Assembly (NCBI GenBank): GCA_040218735.1
Contig: JAVJQW010000030.1
Coordinates: forward strand, 1-36,901
DNA: 36,901 nucleotides
Direction: 5' to 3'
DNA from: Deltaproteobacteria bacterium
GTDB taxonomy: Bacteria; Myxococcota; Kuafuiibacteriia; Kuafuiibacteriales; Kuafuiibacteriaceae
The position numbers were made by a program, and so were the translations under genes. Of the stretch, positions 16,875-25,286 are shown piece by piece (within the stretch, counting starts at the first letter, position 1; the number at the start of each line of letters is the position of its first letter). The notes under the pieces are model-generated. The model was not told the origin of the DNA. It ran no database searches and saw only the letters and a program-made list of their open reading frames with translations.

Positions 16875-17894
16875 ATGGCACGTCGTCAGGTCGTATTGGT
16901 CACCGGTGCGGGCGGCGAGATGGGGCACGGCCTCATCGAGCGCCTCGCGAAGATGTCGGGCTACGACGTGCTCGCGCTCGACATCAAACGGCTCTCCCCC
17001 GAAGTCGAAGCGCTCTGTCAGGACACCATCGTCGGCGACATCCTCGACACCCGCCTGCTCAACCGGCTGGTGAGTGAGTTCGAGATTCACGCGATCTTCC
17101 ACCTCGCCGCGCTGCTCTCCACGCGCTCGGAGTTCACGCCCGAGACGGCGCACGAAGTGAACGTCCGCGGAACGCTGAACGTCCTCCGGCTCGGCGTCGA
17201 GCAGTCGCGCTGGCACGGCAAACGGGTGAAGTTCCTGTTCCCCAGCTCGATCGCCGCGTTCGGGCTGCCGGACCTCGAGACCAAGGTCCGCTCCGGTCGT
17301 GTCAACGAGGATGCGTTCAACCTCCCCACCACGATGTACGGCTGCAACAAGCTGTACTGCGAGCACCTCGGGCACTACTACGCGCACCACTACCGGCAGC
17401 TCGCGGTGGACGACCGACCGCAGGGCGTCGACTTCCGCTCGATTCGTTTCCCCGGCCTGGTCTCGGCGTTCACGGTGCCGCACGGCGGGACGAGTGACTA
17501 CGGCCCCGAGATGTTGCACGCGGCGGCCCGCGGCGAGCCCTACGCGTGTTTCGTCCGACCCGACACGCAGATCTCGTTCATGGCGATGCCCGACGCGATC
17601 GACGCGCTCCTCGCGTTGATGGAGGCGCCGACCGAGGAGCTGACCCGGCACGTCTACAACATCACGGCGTTCGCACCGACCGCCGAGGACTTCGCGAAGC
17701 TCGTGCTCGAGCACTTCCCGAACGCGGAGATCACGTTCGCGCCCGACGAGCGCCGGCAGCGCATCGTCGACTCCTGGCCGGCGGACGTGGACGACAGCCT
17801 GGCGCGGCGGGACTGGGGCTTTTCGCCCCAGTACGATCTTCAGCGGGCGTTCGCGGAGTACCTGGTGCCCAACATCCGTAAGCGCTACGAATAG
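16875..17894 (+). CDS. Extended SDR, L-threonine 3-dehydrogenase-like
   Basis: TGAGGEMG Rossmann motif, HLAALLS, PSSIAAFG, catalytic YGCNK and GGTSDY (GGTTDY in SDR-type TDH), plus IVDSWP...DDSLARRDWG. Confidence 0.85.
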   Translation: MARRQVVLVTGAGGEMGHGLIERLAKMSGYDVLALDIKRLSPEVEALCQDTIVGDILDTRLLNRLVSEFEIHAIFHLAALLSTRSEFTPETAHEVNVRGTLNVLRLGVEQSRWHGKRVKFLFPSSIAAFGLPDLETKVRSGRVNEDAFNLPTTMYGCNKLYCEHLGHYYAHHYRQLAVDDRPQGVDFRSIRFPGLVSAFTVPHGGTSDYGPEMLHAAARGEPYACFVRPDTQISFMAMPDAIDALLALMEAPTEELTRHVYNITAFAPTAEDFAKLVLEHFPNAEITFAPDERRQRIVDSWPADVDDSLARRDWGFSPQYDLQRAFAEYLVPNIRKRYE

Positions 17895-17898
17895 CGCC

Positions 17899-19107
17899 GT
17901 GAGCGGCACCCTCGTTCTCGTCCTGATCCTGGGCGTGCTCGTCGTGCTCGGTGCGATAGAGTCGGCGAATCACCGCCGGCGATTGCTTCAGATCCCGATC
18001 CGCGTCCACGTCAACGGGACGCGGGGGAAATCGAGCGTCACGCGCCTGATCGCGGCCGCGCTGCGCAACGGCGGCGTTCGGACCTGCGCAAAGACAACCG
18101 GCACGCTCGCGCGGATGATCCTCCCCGACGGTCAGGAGTATCCGATCTTCCGGCCCGCCGGTGCGAACGTGATCGAGCAACTCCGCATCGTCCGGACCGC
18201 GGCGCAGTACCGCGCGGAGGTGCTCGTCATCGAGTGCATGGCGGTGCAACCTACCTTGCAAGCGCTCTGTGAGATGCGTCTGGTCCGCGGCACCCACGGG
18301 GTGCTGACGAACGCCCGCGCGGACCACCTCGACGTGATGGGCCCGTCTGAGGAGGACGTCGCGCTCGCGCTCGTCGCGACGACGCCCGTCGGCGGCACGA
18401 TGTTCACGGCCGAGCAGCGCCACATCGACATCGTGCGCGAGGCCGTCCAAGACCGCGGGGCGAAGCTCGTGCACGTGAAGCGCGAGGAGTTCGACGAGGT
18501 CACGGCGGCCGACCTCGAGCCGTTCTCGTACCTCGAGCACGCGGAGAACGTCGCGCTGGCGTTGAAGGTCTGCGCGGAGCTCGGTGTGGAGCGTCAGGTC
18601 GCGCTCGAGGGCATGTGGAAGGCGGACCCGGATCCGGGCTGCCTGACAGCGGTGGAGATCGAGTTCTTCGGGCGCAACCTCGTCTTCGTGAACGGCTTCG
18701 CGGCGAACGACCCGGAGTCGACGGAGCGCATCTTCCACATGTCGTACAAGCAGTTCCCGGAGCAGTCGCGGCGCATCGCGCTGATCAACTGTCGCGCGGA
18801 CCGGCCGGACCGATCGCGGCAGCTCGGGGAGGCGGTCGTCGGTTGGGGCGGCGTCGACAGCTACGTGTTGATCGGTTCGGGTACGTACATCTTCGCGCGC
18901 GCGGCGATCTCTCGGGGCTTGGACCCGGGGAAGATCAGCTACGCAGAGGACCGACGCGTCGAAGAGGTGTTCGAGCTGCTCGTGGAGCAGTCGGGGCGGT
19001 CCTCGTTGATCATCGGCATGGCGAACATCGGTGGGATGGGGCTGGAGATTGTTCGGTTCTTCAAGAACCGCAGCACGCTGGAGGGAATGAAGAAGGTGGC
19101 GTCGTGA
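17899..19107 (+). CDS. pgsB: Poly-gamma-glutamate synthase PgsB/CapB
   Basis: N-terminal TM, P-loop HVNGTRGKSSVTRL, AKTTGT, ANVIEQ, ECMA, TNARADHLDVMGP, FAANDPEST and NCRADRPDRS. Confidence 0.96.
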   Translation: MSGTLVLVLILGVLVVLGAIESANHRRRLLQIPIRVHVNGTRGKSSVTRLIAAALRNGGVRTCAKTTGTLARMILPDGQEYPIFRPAGANVIEQLRIVRTAAQYRAEVLVIECMAVQPTLQALCEMRLVRGTHGVLTNARADHLDVMGPSEEDVALALVATTPVGGTMFTAEQRHIDIVREAVQDRGAKLVHVKREEFDEVTAADLEPFSYLEHAENVALALKVCAELGVERQVALEGMWKADPDPGCLTAVEIEFFGRNLVFVNGFAANDPESTERIFHMSYKQFPEQSRRIALINCRADRPDRSRQLGEAVVGWGGVDSYVLIGSGTYIFARAAISRGLDPGKISYAEDRRVEEVFELLVEQSGRSSLIIGMANIGGMGLEIVRFFKNRSTLEGMKKVAS

Positions 19108-19556
19108 TCGAAGACCTTCAATTGGCGATCGGCATCGGGCTCGCGGTGAGCCTGATGTTCTCGGAGCTGTTCGGCCTCGCGGCCGGCGGCATGGTGGTGC
19201 CCGGCTATATCGCGCTGGCGCTCGACAACCCGTTCGACGTGGTGGTGACGCTGCTGACGGGCTTTCTGACGTTTGTGATCGTCACGGCGATCGCCAACGT
19301 GGCCATCGTCTACGGGCGGCGCCGCACGGTGTTGATGATCATCGTGGGTTACATCCTCGGGTCGATCGTCCGGTCGATGAACATCGCATCGCCGACCTCC
19401 GAGGACTACACCGTCATCGGCTACATCATCCCGGGCCTCATCGGGATCTGGATCGATCGGCAGGGTCTCATCGAGACGCTGTCGACGCTCCTCACGGCCT
19501 CTGTCGTCGTCCGCCTGATCATGATCCTGATCGCGGGATTGGAGCTGCTGGCATGA
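19104..19556 (+). CDS. pgsC: Poly-gamma-glutamate biosynthesis membrane protein PgsC/CapC
   Basis: GTGA overlap with the pgsB stop; motifs GLAAGGMVVPGYIAL, YGRRR and IGYIIPGLIG; about 150 aa, hydrophobic. Confidence 0.95.
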   Translation: MIEDLQLAIGIGLAVSLMFSELFGLAAGGMVVPGYIALALDNPFDVVVTLLTGFLTFVIVTAIANVAIVYGRRRTVLMIIVGYILGSIVRSMNIASPTSEDYTVIGYIIPGLIGIWIDRQGLIETLSTLLTASVVVRLIMILIAGLELLA

Positions 19557-20695
19557 AGAAGATGTACTGGCGACCGCGGCGCGTCTCGCGGACCGTGCTC
19601 CTCTTGATCAGCATCATGGCCATCGTCGGGTACATCTCGATCGGCCTGCTGAAGACCGACGTCCGCCAGCCGTACTACGAGCAGAAGCTCGCGGCGGCGC
19701 GCGTCGCGGAGAAGGCGTTCAAAGCGATCCGCACGGAGCGGCTGAAGCGCGGCCTGAAGATCGACGTCGAGAGCGACCCGGCCCAGACCGGGATCATCGG
19801 CGCGCTGATGACGGTCTCGACGACGAACCAGGGGAGCCTGTCGTCGAAGCAGACCTCCGTGAACCCGAACTTCGCGGCGGTGATCGTGCACCTGCTGCGG
19901 AAGGCCGGCGTGCGCCCGGACGACGCGGTGGCGGTCGGTTACTCCGGCTCGTTCCCCGCGGTGAACGTGAACGTGTTGGCGGCGCTCGAGGTGATGAAGG
20001 TGAAGCCGGTCATCGTGGCGAGCGCGGGTGCTTCGCAGTGGGGCGCCAACGAACCGGAGTTCTTGTGGCTCGACATGGAGAAGGTCCTCCTGCAGCAGGG
20101 GATCATCTCCGAGGGCTCGAAGGCGGTCTCGATCGGCGGCATCGAGGACAAGGCGCTCGGCATGAACAAACGCGGGCGCGCGATCCTGCAGAAGTCGATC
20201 GACGACTCCGGCATCTACCAGATCGTCGCCGACGACTTCGCCGACAGCGTCGAGAAGCGCATGAAGTTCTACCGAGAGCAGGCCGGCGGCGCGAAGATCA
20301 CGGCGTACATCAACGTCGGCGGCGGCACGATCAGCGTCGGCAAGAAGGTCGGCAAGCGCCTCTTCAAACCGGGCCTCAACCGCCGCGCCCCGGGGCCGGT
20401 GGTGATCGACTCCGTGATGGCGCGCTTCGTGGACACGGGCGTCCCGGTGGTCCACCTCGTGAAGATCGTCGACCTCGCGGACCGCTACGGCCTCGAGGTA
20501 TCGCCGATCATCACCCCGGCCGTCGGCCGCGGAAACGTCTTCGTCCGCGTCGACTTCAACCGCTGGCTCGTCGCGGGCTTGCTGATCGCCATCCTCGCGA
20601 GCCTGTACCTGTTCGTGCGGAGCGACATCGGGTTCAGGATGCTACAGCGCCCGAAGAAGGGCGGCGACGGCGGTCATCCGGAGCCGATGGTGTAG
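19553..20695 (+). CDS. pgsW: Poly-gamma-glutamate system protein PgsW
   Basis: ATGA overlap with pgsC. N- and C-terminal TM helices; motifs DPAQTGIIG, TTNQGSLSSKQTSVNPNFAA, SGSFPAVN, GASQWGAN and INVGG, typical of the protein following pgsBC in non-Bacillus systems. Confidence 0.88.
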   Translation: MKKMYWRPRRVSRTVLLLISIMAIVGYISIGLLKTDVRQPYYEQKLAAARVAEKAFKAIRTERLKRGLKIDVESDPAQTGIIGALMTVSTTNQGSLSSKQTSVNPNFAAVIVHLLRKAGVRPDDAVAVGYSGSFPAVNVNVLAALEVMKVKPVIVASAGASQWGANEPEFLWLDMEKVLLQQGIISEGSKAVSIGGIEDKALGMNKRGRAILQKSIDDSGIYQIVADDFADSVEKRMKFYREQAGGAKITAYINVGGGTISVGKKVGKRLFKPGLNRRAPGPVVIDSVMARFVDTGVPVVHLVKIVDLADRYGLEVSPIITPAVGRGNVFVRVDFNRWLVAGLLIAILASLYLFVRSDIGFRMLQRPKKGGDGGHPEPMV

Positions 20696-20726
20696 CCCAG
20701 CCGACGCTGACGAAGTCAGCGGCCGG

Positions 20727-21719
20727 CTACGGCAAAGCCCTCCCGATCGCCCGCACCACCCTCCTATACTTCCGCCGCACCGCTTTGCTCTGCTCCACGT
20801 GGAAGAAGCGATCACTCGACGCCGTCGCGGTCCCCACGCACGACTCGCTCAGCCCGTTTGTGTAGCGCCCCTGGATGTTCGTCGTGCCGCACAGGTGCGC
20901 GCTGACCGCGGCGCCCGGGGCTTCGTTGCAGGCGGTGACGAGGTCGAGCTCGAAGGCGTCTTCGAGGGCGAAGAGCAGGCGCGCGACGCGGGAGGTGGAG
21001 CTCGTCGCGATCGTGGTGCCGTCGGAGAGGCTGATGCCGTCGTCGCCCATGCCGTGCAGGCTGATGATCGCGGCCTCGCGGAAGGCGTCGGAGAGGACGC
21101 GGTGGGCGGCGTGGAACATCGCGCGCTCGCTGTGCGCGACGTCGGACTCGCGGTAGCGCTCCAGACGCTCGCTGCACACGCGCGTGAAGCCTTCGCACAG
21201 CGTGAAGCCGGCGTTGGCGCAACGGTGCGTGCCCGAGGCGATCAGCGCCCGCGCCTTCAGCGCGCCGTAGGCGTAGCGGCCCTGGCGCAACGTCCCGCTG
21301 TCGTAGATCGGGTGGGGCACCTCGAAGATCAGCGGCCGGGCGTTGTCCACGCGCAGCGCGACGATCGCCCAGCCGCTCCCCGCGATCGCGGGACGCCACA
21401 ACAACGTGTCCTCGTTCGGGCGCGCGCACAGCAGGTACCCCGCCTCGAACGCCCTGCCCCACGCGTCGCGGTCGCCCGCGACGGCGGCGCGGAGCGAGCG
21501 CTCGAAGGCGTCGAGCTGGTCGTCCGTCGGTGCCGCGTAGCGATCGGAGTCACCGCCCGGCGGGAAGATCGTGTTGCGATCGAACGCGCTCGCGACGGGC
21601 ACCTCACAGCGCGGCAGCGACTTCAGGAGCCGACACGGACCCGTGCACGGCGCCGCCTCGACCGACGACGACCACAACGCGATCGATGCCGCGAACAACC
21701 CGAGGGACGAACGGTCCAA
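20727..21719 (-). CDS. Secreted hypothetical protein; candidate Zn-dependent hydrolase (PghP/N-formylglutamate amidohydrolase-like motif order)
   Basis: Signal peptide ending VEA-A and many Cys. Motifs EVPHPIYDSGT, SDVAH, ISLHG, LCGTTNIQG and FHVEQS-x3-R. The gene is well supported; the function is inference. Confidence 0.65.
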   Translation of the reverse strand: MDRSSLGLFAASIALWSSSVEAAPCTGPCRLLKSLPRCEVPVASAFDRNTIFPPGGDSDRYAAPTDDQLDAFERSLRAAVAGDRDAWGRAFEAGYLLCARPNEDTLLWRPAIAGSGWAIVALRVDNARPLIFEVPHPIYDSGTLRQGRYAYGALKARALIASGTHRCANAGFTLCEGFTRVCSERLERYRESDVAHSERAMFHAAHRVLSDAFREAAIISLHGMGDDGISLSDGTTIATSSTSRVARLLFALEDAFELDLVTACNEAPGAAVSAHLCGTTNIQGRYTNGLSESCVGTATASSDRFFHVEQSKAVRRKYRRVVRAIGRALP

Positions 21720-21780
21720 CCGAAAAGTGATCCTACCCGACGCGCAGCGCCGTCCAAGCCAAAGTGACCGCGCCCGCGTT

Positions 21781-22722
21781 TCAGTTCGCGCGAACCCGCC
21801 GAAGGTTGGCGCGCACGTGGTCCGCGGACGCCGACAGGGGCCCGTAACCCTCCAGCTTCAAGCTCGCCGCCGACGCCGCGAACCCCGCCGCCTCGACCGG
21901 CGTCATGCCCTGCCCTCGCCCGAACGCGTAGGAAGCAACGAACGTATCCCCGCACCCCGTCGCGTCCACGTGCTCGCGCGGCGGGACGGGCGGAATGGGC
22001 GCGACCGTCTCGTCGTGACACACGAGCGCGCCACGATCCGCGAACGTCACCAGCACCTCCGCGACCCCGTGCGCGGCGAGCGCCCGCGCCGCGCTCCGGG
22101 GATCCGCATCACCGACGAGCATCGAAGCCTCGGCGTCGTCGACCTTCAGCGCGGTCACGCCCGACAGCCGCGCCGCGACGTCACGCATGCGCGCCGGCAC
22201 CACGCGCTGATCGTCGACCCGGCGCAAGTCACCCTGCGCGTCGAACGAGACCCGCGCGCCCTTGTCGACCACCGCGCGCAGCACGTCGGTCGGCAGCTCG
22301 TCCGCGGTGAGCGGGCCAAGGTGGAACGCGTCCGCCGACAGCGCCTCGACGTGCGCGACCGCGAACGGATCCGCGATCCCGGTCACCGACTGGATCCGCC
22401 GCGCCAGCGCCTCGTCTTCGTACCGATTCTCGAACGCGGTCGTCGCCGCGCAGGCGTGATTCACGAGGCGAACCCCGCGCGGCTCGAGCTGTTTTCGTAG
22501 CCGCTCAGCGTCGCCTTCGGCCATCCGTGTGACGATTCCTGCACGCCACCCGAGCGCCGCCCACGCGAGCGCCACATAGTACGCGCTGCCCCCGAACTGC
22601 TCTTTTATCGGGCGGTTGGGGGCCACGATCCGGTCGAGCGTCACGTGGCCGACCGCCCACGCATCCGGTTCGAGCTTGGCAGACGACACCCTGACGGCGA
22701 TCGTAGGCACGTGCGCCGTCAA
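21781..22722 (-). CDS. PfkB/ribokinase family carbohydrate kinase
   Basis: VGHVTLD, GGSAYY, FDAQG, LKVDDAEA and the anion-hole motif VDATGCGDTF. Start uncertain. Confidence 0.9.
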   Translation of the reverse strand: MTAHVPTIAVRVSSAKLEPDAWAVGHVTLDRIVAPNRPIKEQFGGSAYYVALAWAALGWRAGIVTRMAEGDAERLRKQLEPRGVRLVNHACAATTAFENRYEDEALARRIQSVTGIADPFAVAHVEALSADAFHLGPLTADELPTDVLRAVVDKGARVSFDAQGDLRRVDDQRVVPARMRDVAARLSGVTALKVDDAEASMLVGDADPRSAARALAAHGVAEVLVTFADRGALVCHDETVAPIPPVPPREHVDATGCGDTFVASYAFGRGQGMTPVEAAGFAASAASLKLEGYGPLSASADHVRANLRRVRAN

Positions 22723-22734
22723 CGCGCTACCGGG

Positions 22735-22752
22735 TCGTCACGACAGCGTCAC
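22735..22752 (+). promoter_or_regulatory. Pho-box-like direct repeat in the pfkB/phoB divergent intergenic region
   Basis: TCGTCACGACAGCGTCAC, with CGTCAC repeated at exact 11-bp spacing, 26 bp upstream of phoB. PhoB-type regulators bind 11-bp direct repeats and commonly autoregulate. Confidence 0.6.
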
Positions 22753-22778
22753 ACGGTGCGAGCAAGAAGGACGCAGAT

Positions 22779-23477
<699 letters not shown>

Positions 23478-23486
23478 AACTACACC

Positions 23487-25286
23487 GTGCGCCTCGGTTT
23501 CCGCGGACGCCTGTTCGTCGTCTCGCTGTGCCTCGTCTCGCTCGTCGGGCTCGTGGCGGGGCTGTGGCTGGAGTCCGTCCTGCGCGACTGGCTCGAGACC
23601 CGGCTCGAAGCCACGCTCGTCTCCCAGGCGCGCACCGTGCGCGAAGCGATCGAGGCGGCGTCCATCCCGTACACGATCGACGCCGCCGAACCGCTCGTCG
23701 ACCGCATCGGCGAGGCGGCGGGCATCCGCGTCACGCTCATCGCGCCCGACGGCCAGGTGCTCGCGGACTCGTCGGTCCCCACCGCCGAGATCGCCCGCCT
23801 GGAGAACCACGGCCGCCGCCCGGAGGTCGTCGCCGCGCAGAAGCTCGGGCGAGGCGTATCGCGCCGCTTCAGCCGAACGCTCGAGACGCACTTCCTCTAC
23901 GTCGCGATCCCCGTCGGCGAAGGCACGCTCCGTGTGTCGATGCCGCTCGAGCAGGTCGACAGCGCCATCGCGAACATGCGCTTCCTGATCTTCCTCGCCG
24001 GGCTCGTCGGGTTGGCCGTCGCGGTGTTGATCAGCTTCGTCGCGTCGAACCTCATGTCGCGCCGACTCCGACGCATGGTCGGCCACGCCCGCGCCCTCGT
24101 CCGCGGCGACGCCGCGCGACTCGACGTCGCCTCCACCGATGAGTTCGGTCGCCTCGCCGGCTCGATCAACCGCATGGCCGAAGAGCTGGAAGCCACACTC
24201 GCCACGCTCGCCCGCGAGCGCGGTCGCTTCGAGACCGTCCTCGACTCCATGAGTGACGCCGTCCTCGCGCTCGACGGCGAACAGCGCATCACGCTGACGA
24301 ACACCGCGGCCAAGCAGCTGTTGAAGTTGGAGTCCGACGTCACCGGGCAGCGCCTCGCCGACGTCGTCGCGATCGAAGCGCTCAACGAGCTCGTCGCCCG
24401 CGAACCCTCCTCCGCCGACTCCGAAGAGTTCTCGATGGGCTCCTACGACGCCAAGGACAAACGCACCGTCCTCGCGCGCGCCCGCCCCCTCACCGCGACC
24501 GGCGGCACCGTGGTGCTGATGCTCGACGTCACCGAGATGCGGCGCCTCGAACGCATCCGCCGCGACTTCGTCGCCAACGTCTCCCACGAGCTCAAGACGC
24601 CGGTCAGCGTCGTCCGCGCCAACGCCGAGACCCTCCTCGACGGCGGGCTCGAGGACGGCAAACGGGCGCGCTCGTTCGTCGACGCGATCTACCGCAACGC
24701 CGAGCGCCTCTCGCGCATCATCACCGACCTCCTCGAGCTGTCGCGCATCGAGGCCGGCCGCTACGACCTCGACCTCCGCGTCGTCGACGTCCGCACCGCC
24801 GCGCACAAGGCCGTCGACGCCATCCGCGAGCGCGCCGAGCGCGCCGGCATCGAGGTCACGCTCCTCGACGGAGAGGAATCGATCGCCCGCGTGGACGAGA
24901 AGGCGCTCGCGCAGGTGCTCAACAACCTCCTCGAAAACGCCGTGAAGTACACCGAGTCCGGCGGCCACGTGCAGGTGCGCACCGTCGTCGCCGACGAAAA
25001 CGTACGCATCACCGTGGAGGACGACGGCCCCGGCATCGCACCGAAGTACCGCACCCGAATCTTCGAGCGCTTCTACCGCATCGACAAGGGCCGCTCCCGC
25101 GCGACGGGCGGCACGGGGCTCGGGCTCTCCATCGTCAAACACTACGTGGAGTCGATGCGCGGCAGCATCGGCGTGGATGCGCGCGAGCCGAACGGCTCGA
25201 TCTTCTGGGTGGAGCTCCCGAGCGCGCGGATGGCGTCGTCACCGCCGATGCCGGCGGCGCAGGTCACTCAGAGCAGCAGGGTCTGA
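23487..25286 (+). CDS. phoR: PhoR-like sensor histidine kinase (2 TM, HAMP, PAS, HisKA, HATPase)
   Basis: RRLERIRRDFVANVSHELKTP, NLLENAVKYT and RIFERFYRIDKGRSRATGGTGLGLSIVKH; periplasmic ENHGRRPEV motif; 9 bp after phoB. Confidence 0.88.
   Translation: MRLGFRGRLFVVSLCLVSLVGLVAGLWLESVLRDWLETRLEATLVSQARTVREAIEAASIPYTIDAAEPLVDRIGEAAGIRVTLIAPDGQVLADSSVPTAEIARLENHGRRPEVVAAQKLGRGVSRRFSRTLETHFLYVAIPVGEGTLRVSMPLEQVDSAIANMRFLIFLAGLVGLAVAVLISFVASNLMSRRLRRMVGHARALVRGDAARLDVASTDEFGRLAGSINRMAEELEATLATLARERGRFETVLDSMSDAVLALDGEQRITLTNTAAKQLLKLESDVTGQRLADVVAIEALNELVAREPSSADSEEFSMGSYDAKDKRTVLARARPLTATGGTVVLMLDVTEMRRLERIRRDFVANVSHELKTPVSVVRANAETLLDGGLEDGKRARSFVDAIYRNAERLSRIITDLLELSRIEAGRYDLDLRVVDVRTAAHKAVDAIRERAERAGIEVTLLDGEESIARVDEKALAQVLNNLLENAVKYTESGGHVQVRTVVADENVRITVEDDGPGIAPKYRTRIFERFYRIDKGRSRATGGTGLGLSIVKHYVESMRGSIGVDAREPNGSIFWVELPSARMASSPPMPAAQVTQSSRV

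Noticed and set aside
18615-19103. 313-aa extended PgsC
   Set aside because: The extension overlaps pgsB out of frame. GTG 19104 gives a normal-length PgsC with GTGA coupling.
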